Below the pieces are notes generated by a model. That model was not told the DNA's origin, searched no databases, and worked only from the letters and a program-made list of their open reading frames with translations. Of a stretch of DNA of 64,000 nucleotides, positions 49,260-60,568 are shown one piece after another. Location of the stretch: positions 558,001 to 622,000 of the forward strand of contig CBFDEM010000014.1 of NCBI GenBank assembly GCA_965603825.1. The letters run 5' to 3'. Each line of letters begins with the position of its first letter. Positions within the stretch are counted from its first letter, which is position 1. A program made the translations under genes and the position numbers. This DNA comes from Blepharisma stoltei ATCC 30299 (Eukaryota > Protista > Ciliophora).

Positions 49260-50141
49260 ATTTAATTAAGCATTTTTTTGGTATAGAGAAAAAATTATTG
49301 CTATAAAGTTTTTTTATGATCTCTAATAAATTTAAATTTAATAAAGCCGAATGCGTATTTTTCGGTTAGATAACCTAAAAGTACTTATAAACTGAAGGAT
49401 TCTGGCAATTTAAGAAAATGAGCTAGCATTTAATGTTTTTACATAATTATAGTCTTTCGTAGCTAGTTTATCAATAAAGCAGCCTTATAAAGATAGTAAT
49501 TGTTTTTGCACTTAGTTCGTGTCTTTCTCCATGTCTTATTTCATTGCACGAAATTAATTCTGCTAAAATGACTGCTGCAGGATTGATAATAAAAAATTTA
49601 ATAAAAACTAAGAAAATATGCAATTTCCTGATGAAAATTTCAATATTTAGTCATGCGATTATTGAGAAGATTAGCAAAACAATGAAATAGCAAAAAAAAG
49701 TCATTTCTTATTACAAATAATTCAACGATGTTAAAGAAACTAAGCGAATTTTCGAAGGAAAGAAGATCTTGCTCAGATATGCTAATGATGATTTTGCCAG
49801 GAGATGAGACATAAGCAGAAATCACTGCAGCTTTATGTTAATCAGCCAGTGATGTCAGCAAAATGGCATTCGATAAATGGGATGCCTAAATTTTAAACAC
49901 TACTAGAGATTTTAGTTCCCTCTAAAAGTTTTCTGACCAAAATAATAAACTTTATAATATCCATTATGTATCCCGTCTAAACCTCTTTTTGATTATAAAT
50001 TATGTAAAATCCAGCAATTTTTTTACAAAAGTCTCAATAACAATAACCCTCATCACAGCTTTTTTGTTTTTTTATCTGATTTAAGCCATTATTTTGTCGT
50101 CGATTAGATTCAGCCAATTTAACAAAACAATAAAAATAAAA

Positions 50142-51179
50142 ATGCTTTACGACCCGCTTGACGAAATGAAAGCTTATCTTTCATTGATTGTTTATGTTGC
50201 AGATAAACCAAGAAATTTGTGCCGATCCTGCAAATTATCTATTCAAGCTGGAGAAATCGAGGTCTATGATATGGAAGCTGGAAGAATCGGCTACTTTCAC
50301 TTAAACTGCTTTAAGCCGATTAACGTGACCAGAATGGAGCCTGACCATTATAGACTTCAACTAACAGATCCTTTACACATTGAAACCTTTCAAACATGGC
50401 TATCAAATTGAAATAAAAATTTCCCGATTCCCTCTACACCTGCGAAGTTGTTTGAAAAGCCAAACACAAAAGCTTCACAAATACAACCCAGAATCCTCAA
50501 AGAGATTTTCAAGTTTTTATCTCCTAAAGAACTCATTCTTGTATCACAAGTATGCAAAGAATGATACGAAATTTCCTTAAATGGAGAAGTGTGATGTTTC
50601 TTGGTAAATCGCGACTTTCCAAAAGCCGTTTTTTGCGACTCGTGGATAAATTCATATTTTTATAATTATAATAACGCATGCGTGGAATGTGGGGAAATAA
50701 AAGAAAATGGGAAACACTGCCCAATTTTGGATAGGATGATATGTAAAGAATGCCGAGCTTTCAAAAACAGATTTTCTGACAAATATGGATTAATCCCATT
50801 AAAAGCTATAAAGAAGCTATATAACTTGAACGATAACTGGATCAACAAAAGGAAACTAAAGTATTTCAAGACTTCAAGAAACCAAAAAGTGACATATAAC
50901 TTTTTATTGTGGGAAAAAATCAATGAAACAAGATATATTATGAAAGGGAAAATCTTGGAAAATTTGAAAAGGAATTGTAAAGATGAACAGTTAATCGGGT
51001 ATATTAAAAATATCGATCTGATGAATTTATATAGACAAGATTTTGTTGGAGAAGATCTCCCTGTCAAAAGAGCAACAGCAGAAAGTACAGTTAAATTTTT
51101 AATAGAAGCTCAAGATGGAAGAAATTACTTCAGCAAATATTATGAAAGCATTGGGATGAAAAAAGCAAAGAAGTGTTAG
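50142..51179 (+). CDS. zf-PARP + F-box + XPA-like zinc-finger protein, 345 aa
   Basis: One frame through TGA 50409, 50562, 50592. CRSC...FHLNC; ILKEIFKFLSPKELILVSQVCKEWYEISLNGEVW; CVEC-x17-CKEC...KYGLI. Confidence 0.85.
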
Positions 51180-51249
51180 ATATGTGGGCATTTATCAGAT
51201 TAATTAAAATAAAATTATAAAATTATTTTAAAATTGCATCAGTGGAGGC

Positions 51250-52650
51250 TATGTAAATCAGATCAATCAGGATAAATATTTGTGATCACAATACTTATAT
51301 TAAAAATGGAAACAGTGTTAATATAAACCTGATTTGCCAAGTTTAGACTATCAACTAAATTTGTTGAAAAATCACAATTATTTGTAACTGAGTTTGAAGT
51401 ATACTCAGTTGGGTTCTTACTTAAACATTGTCCAGTTAACGACAAGAAATATAATCAAGAAACGTATAAGGCATATTTTTGATAGGTTATATCAGTACAA
51501 GTAAAACACCCCACTAGAGCATGCCATGCATGAGAATCCATCTGAAGAAGCTATATAGCCAGAAATACAGACGCATGTATTAGGAGCTCTACTTGCATTA
51601 GCTACAAATTGAGCACATTATTGAGCCAAACCCTGTGAAAATTGGTATAAAATATCGTTATAATCTTTGCATGTTCCTTTATAACGGTTTGTTTACTCAA
51701 AAATCGCAAAATAACAAGAAGACCTATCATAATAGCTAGATTAAGCACAAAGTCATATAGCTGTGAAAACAAATAATAGGTATAATTCATAACTGAAAAT
51801 TATTAATAAACCCTATAAAGCCAGAAGATCTGCTTTTCCAAAGTTATTGACAAAAAGACTTAGTATACAGTAAATGAAGAGCTTCCGGATAAAGTTTGCA
51901 TTGCACTGTATGTGTAGGGTTTCCAAATTAGCTGTCATACTTCCAGTTGTGTTTGCTTTTCTAATATATCGCAATCAGTTATTAAATACATTCATAACCC
52001 AATAGAAAACTATAAGAAAGATAAATAGATGTTGAGTGTAATAAGTAGCTAAATCCATTAAAATAATGATCTTTCTCATATGCAGGAATAAGATCAAATG
52101 ATTCAGGATTAATGTTTGATATGTCTTGATGATGTTTCAGTTATAAAAATCTCATAAGAACTTTGAAAATAAGAGATTGATCAATTACTAGAGTTGGAAC
52201 TAAAGTACTCATAGCCAAATGCACAATCATTCAAATATATACTGCTACTAATTGTTACCCTGAAACCCAAGAATGACAATAAAATAAGTATTTTGCGATT
52301 ATATTACAAAGCGCATCACATAAAACACAATTAGCTGCACTATAGTTCCAAATAGCCATATCTTGCATTGTCATCATCCTGCTCCATCAGCTTTTGCATT
52401 TGTAATTCAGTTTGAACAATACCTAGAAAAAGAGGTATATTCATACATTGTTCAATTTTACACAGCCTGCAGTTATTTGTAGTTTCCATACAATTAATCC
52501 ATGTTGAACCATCATAATATTGTGATAATTGGCTGTTGCTTGTGCAATTAAGATCAATAGGAGACTTGAGCATGAAGAGGTACAACTGGATATCGAATAG
52601 TCACTAAGATGCAAAGAGTCTGAATTATAAGTATTTATATCATATAAAAA
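51250..52650 (-). pseudogene. Degenerate Cys-rich / multi-TM surface-protein gene
   Basis: Scattered Cys-rich (CTSNSQLSQYYDGSTWINC, CRLCK, GQCLS) and hydrophobic fragments in shifting frames with many TAA/TAG stops. Confidence 0.45.
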
Positions 52651-52856
52651 GCCTAGAATTTTAAGCAAAAATGGGCGAGGAAAAATTTAGATATTACCAG
52701 AGAAAATAATAAAGTTTATTTATTAAATTAAATTAATAAATTAAGTAACTTCATATTATTTACCTTATATAATAGGCTGATACTATCTTTTTTAAGCAAA
52801 ATTTAAAACGCTTTCCTAATATCTATTTTAGTATCAAATTATTAAAAAATATTCAA

Positions 52857-55121
52857 ATGGTAAATTTTACATAGATCTTAGCACAGCTTTTAAACAAATA
52901 CAGGCCTAAAACAAATCCCCCCCATCCTGGCCAAATAAATTTTGACTTTCCTCCTCCAATCGAAGCCGTTACTTTAGACAGGCGGCCACCTCAGCGCTGG
53001 TCTTCTCTGACAAGCCAACTTGCCGACATTGATTCAGACTCAGAAGAACAAATCTTATCTACTGAGCGTGAAAAGTTAAAAATCAGGAATACCCCAGTTA
53101 TCGAGTCCAAGTACAAAGAAGTCTGACAAAGAGCTCGAGCTAAAATTTTCAGCAAATTATTTATGATGAGACTGCAAAAAGAACTGAAAATTTATGGGAC
53201 TTCAGCAATTGCTAATGATTTATTAGAATCGCCTATGGACAATAAAAAACGAACGATTCAGCTGAAATCTGCAACCGCAATCAAAAATTTTATGAAAGGG
53301 GACCAAATTGAGCATTATTATGTCATAAACCAAGACGGAAAATTTAAATCGATATGAAATTTTCTGATAGCTATGCTGTTATTATATACAGCTATAGTTT
53401 TGCCTATAGAATTGGCATTTATTGACGGAAAAACTTATGATGTCTGATGATGGATAAATGTATGGATAAATGCAATTTTTTTTTCTGATGTCATAATAAA
53501 TTGTTTTACTACTTATACAGACTCAAATGGAACTGTTATTAAATCAAGGAAGAAAATTTTTATGAGGTACTTGAAATCGTGGCTTTTACTTGATATTGCG
53601 GCGTGCTTTCCTTTTGATTTCGTGGAGACTGATTCAGGAAGCTCGTCATCTACAAGTAAATATAACGGCTTAGCCCGATTAGCTAGGCTGCCAAGATTGT
53701 CAAGGCTTATAAGAATATCAAGGATGTTTAAGGTCGTCACAAATTATAATAAATTTGAGTTTGTGGAAAAAGTCCAAAATTTTTTTAACATAAAAAGAAC
53801 AGCACTAAGGCTTCTGATGTTTAGTATTACTGTACTTTTGTGTGTTCATGTGATTAGCTGCTTATGGTATTGATCCGCTAAAATGCAAGGATTCCCACCA
53901 GATTGCTGGGTAGTGAAATCAGGATATATGGATTTAACATCAGAATCCCTTTATTTAACATCCATGTATTGAGCGTTTACCACCTTATCAACAGTAGGAT
54001 ACGGAGACATCCACCCATGAAATGATTTAGAAGTCTTAATATGCATGGTCTGAATGATGTTCGGGCTCTGCTTTTTTTCTTTTACAATCGGCAGCTTAAG
54101 TTCCATGCTCTCCAGCTTGGATACTCGAGAAATCGTTTTAAACAATAAATTAACAATTATAGATGAGTTTGCGAAAGAGACAAAGCTGAAAAAAGTATTG
54201 AGACTTCGCCTGCGGCATGCGTTGAAATATTCAACAGAAAGTGCAGGATTCTCTTGAAGCGATAAACTAAATATTTTCAATGAGTTGCCGAGAGAGCTTA
54301 AATATGAAGTTGCACTAAGCATGCATCAAGGGGCAATTAAACATCTTCCTTTTTTTATGGAAAAAGACAAGGTTTTTGTAGCGTCAGTTGTCCCATTTCT
54401 CCAGCATTTATTTCTTAAGCATAAAGAAATAATTTTCACTGAAGGAGAATATGCTGATGAAATTTATTTTCTCTATAAAGGCACTGTAAATTATGTCATG
54501 GGACCTGAAAAAGTTTCTTACAAAAAGCTGCAAGAAGGTTCATATTTTGGCGACATAGAAGTTATTGAAGTAATCCTTAGGAAATACACAGTGGTCGCCA
54601 AAACTGACGTGCATTTGCTTACAATGAGCAAATCTGTTGTCAGCTATATATTAGAAGAATTTCCAACCATTAGCAAAGATATGAGAGAAATTGCCTATAA
54701 AAGAGACAAAATAAACCAATTAGCCAAAGAAGAATTTGCAGAATATCTCAGACTGAAAGAAACTAAAGAAATTGAAGGAAAAGATTTAAAAGAAGTAAAA
54801 GACATGATTAGAGATATTGTTGACAAAAGGAAAAATACCAAAGAAATGCTTTCTCCAAAAGAAAAAGAAGAAATCAAGTTCAGCGAAGTTGTAAACAAAA
54901 TGGACGAAAACAATTTTATGCTAACCAAAATGGAAGGAAAACTGCAATCAATTTGCGAGATTTCTAATGAAATTTTGGAATTTATGAGGAAAGATCCCAA
55001 AAAAGGACTCCCCAAGCTAAAAGTGCCGAAAAAGTTGAAAGGATTAGCTGAAGAAAGAGACAAGACTGAAAGAAGCTTCAAATTCGATATGAATACGTTA
55101 GAATTTAAACCTGTGGAATAG
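52857..55121 (+). CDS. EAG/KCNH- or CNG-type cyclic-nucleotide-domain K+ channel, about 749 aa
   Basis: ATG 52857 followed by a 15-nt intron; one frame with TGA=W; S4 RLARLPRLSRLIRISR, pore TTLSTVGYGDI, C-linker, CNBD GSYFGDIE. Confidence 0.93.
52860..52874 (+). other. 15-nt intron immediately after the start codon (GTAAATTTTACATAG)
   Basis: GT-AG with A at -6, 13/15 identical to the kinesin intron; contains an in-frame TAG. Confidence 0.8.
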
Positions 55122-55272
55122 TGATGATATATAAATTTCGTAATAAAATAAACTGCAAGATATAAAGCTTTTATAGATATTTATTATACAAAAAATTGTT
55201 ATTAAATATTAAAGCTTCATTTTTCAATATGTTTAATATAATTTAGAAACAATAAAGACTATATATTAAAAA

Positions 55273-55479
55273 ATGGGTTGTACAGCAAACATAAAAGGCC
55301 ACAATTGTTCAGGAGATGAAGAAACATCAGAGGAAAAAAATAATAACCCGCCAGATTTACCAAAAGCAGACCTAAGTCTAAGTCTACCAGCAAATGGTAA
55401 AAGTTTCAAGATCAGGGTTTACGGACCAACAACAAATGGATTAATTAATGAGCCTACTGTGGAAACAATAAACGGTTAA
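55273..55479 (+). CDS. Acylated microprotein 1 (68 aa)
   Basis: MGCTAN...KSFKIRVYGPTTNGLINE. Confidence 0.75.
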   Translation: MGCTANIKGHNCSGDEETSEEKNNNPPDLPKADLSLSLPANGKSFKIRVYGPTTNGLINEPTVETING

Positions 55480-55981
55480 TTTTCACTAGGCTCAGCAAAC
55501 GATTTAACATAATTTAACCAATTTTTATGGAAAATGTAGTAAAATTTTGTTGTAGAGATAATTATAGGAAATCTATCTTTTCTTAAAAAAGAGGATGGTA
55601 GATAAACGTGAAATTCAAACAAGGATTGTATAAAGAAATAGACTGATGAATTTTTTTGGCAGCCTGTGGTAGAAAATGGAGCAATATAATTCCTATTTTG
55701 TTCATATTGAAAATCCATTATATTACTTATCAGATAGACTTTAATTAAATTAACAAAATCATTACTTCCATCAATTTCCTGATAAAGAATCAAATAAACT
55801 TAGTCCTTTGGACAAAAGCCATTATAATTGTTGAAAGCCTTTATTTTTAATTTATTTTCCCTAAAAATCTTATTTTTACCATAATTATAATATCAATTTT
55901 GATATTTCACCAAAAATAAGTCTCTCAATATCTCAATAAAGCAACAAACATTTCATAATCTCATAAATTAAATTTGGATAA

Positions 55982-56212
55982 ATGGGGTGTGGAAAGCATT
56001 CGAAGACAAGTCATCAGACTTATGATAAAATCTCTATAAACTTATACGGCAAAAGTTCATGCTCAAAAAAGAAGCAAGGAAAAAACAACTCATTTTCAAT
56101 ACATGAAAAAAGGAAATTGTACTCGATTAGGATATTCACTCCTGACGTTTTAGGACTTCAAGAGAATCCAGGTGGTTTAGAAAATAATGCAAAGGTTGAG
56201 TATAGTATTTAA
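55982..56212 (+). CDS. Acylated microprotein 2 (76 aa)
   Basis: MGCGKHS...RKLYSIRIFTPDVLGLQE. Confidence 0.78.
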   Translation: MGCGKHSKTSHQTYDKISINLYGKSSCSKKKQGKNNSFSIHEKRKLYSIRIFTPDVLGLQENPGGLENNAKVEYSI

Positions 56213-56884
56213 TCATAACAATTTTGTGTAAATCCTCTATTATTTATATTTTTTGAAATTGAAAGGCAAAAATTTTATTTCGCAAAAATTGCTATTGATT
56301 TGCGAATGCGAGATTTAATAGCATAAAACTAAATGAAATATAAATTTTTACCTTTTCTTACATACAATAGGCAGTATTTGAACACTTCTTTTTTTAATAT
56401 TTTATTAAGCATGGATATTTATTTCTTATAATTTAATTTAATATCTTTATCGGCACTGTGAAATACAGAAATATACATTAATTCAGGGAGAATGCTCAAT
56501 TTTATTTATCAATTTTAAATTCTTTCGCCTAAATTCATGAGAATTAATTAAAAAATGCACCATCGGATCAAATTCCAAAGCTTAAAACGATTTTTAAGCA
56601 TTAATACAAAAATCTAATTCTAAAAATAAAATGCCAAATTAAGTAAAATTTTTACCATTACTGTTGATTAAGCCTAATTGTTTTTCTAAATTAAGCTATT
56701 TTAAAGGATTTATGACAGTTATATAAAGCTGCATCGTTAAAATTTTTTAATTTGCATTTTTGCTAGTCTTTTAAAAATTGTTCATTCAGAAAAATAAATA
56801 GCCTAATTTATAAGGTCTTAACAGAAATTATCATTAAATTAGTTTTCATTAAGTCACCATTTCATAATAAAAAATTCTTCAAAA

Positions 56885-57049
56885 ATGGGCTGCGGTCTCT
56901 CAAAAGGATCTAAAATATCAGCAAGAAAAAGAATTGAATTAGTAGAAAAGAAAAGCAAGTATATAATTCGAGTTTTTGGTCCATCTTATATCGGTTTATT
57001 TGATGAATCAACGTCTTTGCCTCAGCCTAACGCTGAGAAAAGTGTGTAA
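56885..57049 (+). CDS. Acylated microprotein 3 (54 aa; below the ORF-track cutoff)
   Basis: MGCGLSKGSKISARKRIELVEKKSKYIIRVFGPSYIGLFDESTSLPQPNAEKSV-TAA, translated by hand. Confidence 0.78.
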   Translation: MGCGLSKGSKISARKRIELVEKKSKYIIRVFGPSYIGLFDESTSLPQPNAEKSV

Positions 57050-57562
57050 CTTTATAATTTTAATGAAAATTTAAAAAGAACTGCTTTAAAAAGATAATAT
57101 ATTAATTTCTGTTAAAATTTTTTATTCTAACTTGAATTTATAAATCATTACCTAATAATTAGGTAGACCTATAATAATAAAATCTGATTAATATTTTATT
57201 TTCTGGTTTGGGTTAATAATTTGAAGTATTATCAGAATCTATTGAAATTTATATAAATATGTCAGTTTAATTCGTGAAATAAGTGTCTGTGTAATAATGA
57301 TAGCCGGAAATTAAAATAAATTGTTTATAAGATACCACATTTAACTCTATAATTAATCAGCTAAAATTAAATACACTATCTAAAGCAGCTTGATTGTAGA
57401 ACATTTATTAATTATCTCAAAATATTTTTATATAAGGTTTTAATGACGAATATTTAAAATTCAAGGATTTTTAAGAAGAGGAGCTAAGCATGTTTATGAT
57501 TAAATTATTCGCATTTATTAGCCATTTTTTTGGCCATTTATATATATAAACTATTATTTAAG

Positions 57563-57781
57563 ATGGGTTGTGGGATACCAAAACACAAAGGATTACTCGA
57601 AAACTCAATGACTTTAAAAAATTATAGTGCTAGAACAAATCACTTTCAAGAACTTTCAAGTCACATAAAAGATTTGATGCTTAAGAAAAAGAGGAAAAGA
57701 TACATCATCAGAGTTTTTACCCCTGATACTATAGGGTTAAACGATGATTCAATCGCTTTACCGCTGTCAAAATCAAGGTAA
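57563..57781 (+). CDS. Acylated microprotein 4 (72 aa)
   Basis: MGCGIPK...RKRYIIRVFTPDTIGLNDDSIALP. Confidence 0.78.
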   Translation: MGCGIPKHKGLLENSMTLKNYSARTNHFQELSSHIKDLMLKKKRKRYIIRVFTPDTIGLNDDSIALPLSKSR

Positions 57782-58305
57782 AGCGTGTAATTTCACTGAT
57801 ATCTAATTAAGTTTAAAATCTTTACTTGAAAAATAAATTACTATATATCAAAAATTCCCTATTAAAAACTTGTCCTAATGCTTATGAAAAGACTCATGCT
57901 AATCTATGATTACCTCATAGAAATTCTAAAAAAATAGAATTTCCTGTTAACTTTCACCAAAAGGTCGAACTTGAAATCAATTCCCAACTCCTGTGTCGTG
58001 CTAGGGATTTGCCAGATAAATCTAGATATTGTTTCAAGCTTATCTGAACCTCCAGTTTACAATTTCTTGTCCTTCCTTCCCACATGGTAAAAATTTAACC
58101 CTAAAAGCTGACTTGGTCTTGGCCTCCGCACTGCTTGAATTTCTTACATATCATTTCTGTCTATTTTTGGATTTTTAAAGCTTGCCTAATACAAATATGG
58201 CAAGCTATGCCTAGATAGATCCATCATATTTAAAATGATTTTCCATATCAGTTTTTCCCTTTTGAAACCAATATAATATCTTACATATATTTCATTTGCA
58301 ACAAA

Positions 58306-59139
58306 ATGGGCTGTGGCCAAATAAAGAATGGACCTCCTTTCACATCTACTTTATTTGAACTTCAACCAAAAGTAATTCTCCAGCAAAGTACTCCAGACAA
58401 TGCTTCTGAGCCTTTTAATTGTCAAAATGTTTATCACATTGAAGATCTCAATAATTCGATTCTAAAAGAAAAGATCCGTGAAGTCAGAGTGAAGCATATT
58501 CATTATAACTCACTTGACTTGAATAATGAAATATCCCTTATCAAGGGAAAATACATCGGATTAGTTTCGGTTAAGGATGCTTTTTTTTCTCAATGCCATG
58601 CTCAGTGCATTAAGGACTTCCAAATTACAGATGGGATATTTATTATGCTATTAAGTATTTATGCATCAAACCCGTCAATTATCGCAAAATTAAAAGCTTC
58701 CCAGAGTCCTCCATATATCAGTATTAACAAAGAAAGCCTGAGGACAGAATCAAGAAATATTGTGGACGCTTGGGATAATTTTGCGAATAAAATGAAAGAG
58801 CTGAAAGAAACATATGCTGGGATCCCAATTGTAAGGAAAAGAATGCAGCAAGCAAGATTAACGCTGGAGAATTATTTAGTTGAAATTGATAGATCTGATC
58901 CTCCACGAGGGGAGCTAGTAGCTTTACAAATAAACCAAAATTTAGCTGAAGAGGGTATATCAATTATAAATAAGCTGGAAACGGAATCAGATAAGCTTCA
59001 TGAAGATATTAAAGATTATGTAAAATCAAAGCTTGATAAAGAAGAAGTCATTAATTTAGGAAAAGAAGCTATTGCGTTAGAAGCTTATGATGGTAATAAA
59101 ATTTTGCATTCTGTTATAGCTCCGAAATTAAATAAATAG
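58306..59139 (+). CDS. Hypothetical helical protein with MGCG acylation motif
   Basis: 277-aa ATG-TAG ORF. Confidence 0.8.
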   Translation: MGCGQIKNGPPFTSTLFELQPKVILQQSTPDNASEPFNCQNVYHIEDLNNSILKEKIREVRVKHIHYNSLDLNNEISLIKGKYIGLVSVKDAFFSQCHAQCIKDFQITDGIFIMLLSIYASNPSIIAKLKASQSPPYISINKESLRTESRNIVDAWDNFANKMKELKETYAGIPIVRKRMQQARLTLENYLVEIDRSDPPRGELVALQINQNLAEEGISIINKLETESDKLHEDIKDYVKSKLDKEEVINLGKEAIALEAYDGNKILHSVIAPKLNK

Positions 59140-59457
59140 TGATTTTATAATAAAATGTCTGAATTTTTAGATAAAGCTATGGTGAGTTAAAAAATAGAAA
59201 GGCTATTACAAATGCTTAACCAAATGCTATGAGCAAGAGCATAAACTGTTTTCCCTTCAAAAAGATGATGACTGCGCACATTATTGCTATGAAGCTATCC
59301 AGCCATTAGACAAGCCTAATATTTTAGAAGCATCTGAACAAGCGAAAGAATTATTAAAAGAATAATCTAAATTTATATTCAATTCTAAGAAAAAATGATA
59401 AAAACAAATTTCTATTACTAAATATCATTTATTGTATTATTTTTATGAAGAAATCAA

Positions 59458-60543
59458 CTATAAAGTTACTGCAAGATGCAAGTGCACGGCCGATGCTAAA
59501 TGCTCAGCTGTTCCAGACTCAGGAAACATAAAAATCTTCCCATTTCTTATAGCCTCTTGGAAACTTTTGCCCATCGTAGAATGCCCACCTTTTAATATAG
59601 ATGACACTTCTCTTCCTATTGGGCTTCCTTCAATAACTAATACAGGCCACCCTGCTTTTATTGCTTTTTCTACCTCCCATAAGCAGTTTGAGTTATCGCC
59701 AACTAACACACAAATAGCTCGACATGTAAAAGAGCCTGGACCTCCTCTTCCTTTTCGAATCCTTTCAATTAAATCGATTTTCAAGGGGACGGTACTGTCC
59801 CATCTCATATTGTCTCCTTTGGAGCCTACTATAAATAGATGAGAATGCCCAGCACTGAGTTCTCCTAGACGGTCACCACTAGAAGCTTTAGTAGGATAGA
59901 CAATCAATTCTTCAGGGCATACTCCAATTAGCCGAACCTTTTTGCGAGCGCAGGCTTGTTCGATTCCACTTTTAAGCCCATTATCTATTATAACTGCATC
60001 TGTGCTATATGCAGCTCTAGCAATCCCAATCAAAAGCCTAGCTTTTTGGTCCCCTTCCGCTCCTGCCAGCATAATAACAGGCAGACTTTCATTTATCCCA
60101 CATCTTTTCAAAATCTCCCCAAGCTTAATATCCTTACTTCTCGGATTCAAAATCCTACACAGTTTTGCTACTTTTCCTCCTGGAAACAACAAATCATTTA
60201 TAGTTCACGGGGCTTCTCCAGGCTTTTCTTCCTCTTTTTTCTGCGTAACAAATGTGTGTGGGCCTTCACTTTCGACTGGCACCAATGATGTAGGAGTTAC
60301 AATATTTTCTTGATATTCTTCTTCTTGCATTCTATTGAGTTTTGAGCTTTTTTTGGATGTTTCTCTGAGCTCTTCTTTGACTTCTTCTTGGATTTTTTCT
60401 TCTAAGGGTTGTAGTAACGAGTTAATGATATTGTCCTTTGGGCTGTCTGATGATTTTTCTTTAGGTGGAGAAGGAGACCGAGAAGAAGATTTTGACTCTT
60501 CTTGGCTTCGTTTGGATTTTGGGTTTGATCTACGAGAATCCAT
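59458..60543 (-). CDS. Stand-alone SLOG (LSDAT / TRPM-type) domain protein, 361 aa
   Basis: TGA 60205 joins two ORFs; PVIMLAGA, AVIIDNGLKSGI, LIGVCP, LSAGHSHLFIV, GWPVLVIEGS. Confidence 0.8.
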
Positions 60544-60568
60544 AATTAATTATATAACTGAAAAATAA

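Noticed and set aside
49600-49890. Short coding-like stretch (similar ones at 11540-11830 and 14000-14250)
   Set aside because: Stops in all frames and no recognisable motif; cannot support a gene call.
55800-57520. Additional IESs in long AT-rich spacers (also 19700-20260 and 63160-63660)
   Set aside because: TA dinucleotides are everywhere and there is no interrupted ORF or paralog to define boundaries; read data are needed.
57950-58230. GC-richer patch between microprotein 4 and the 58306 gene as an ncRNA or gene
   Set aside because: No sustained ORF even with TGA=W and no recognisable tRNA/snRNA motif or convincing hairpin; possibly a decayed gene.
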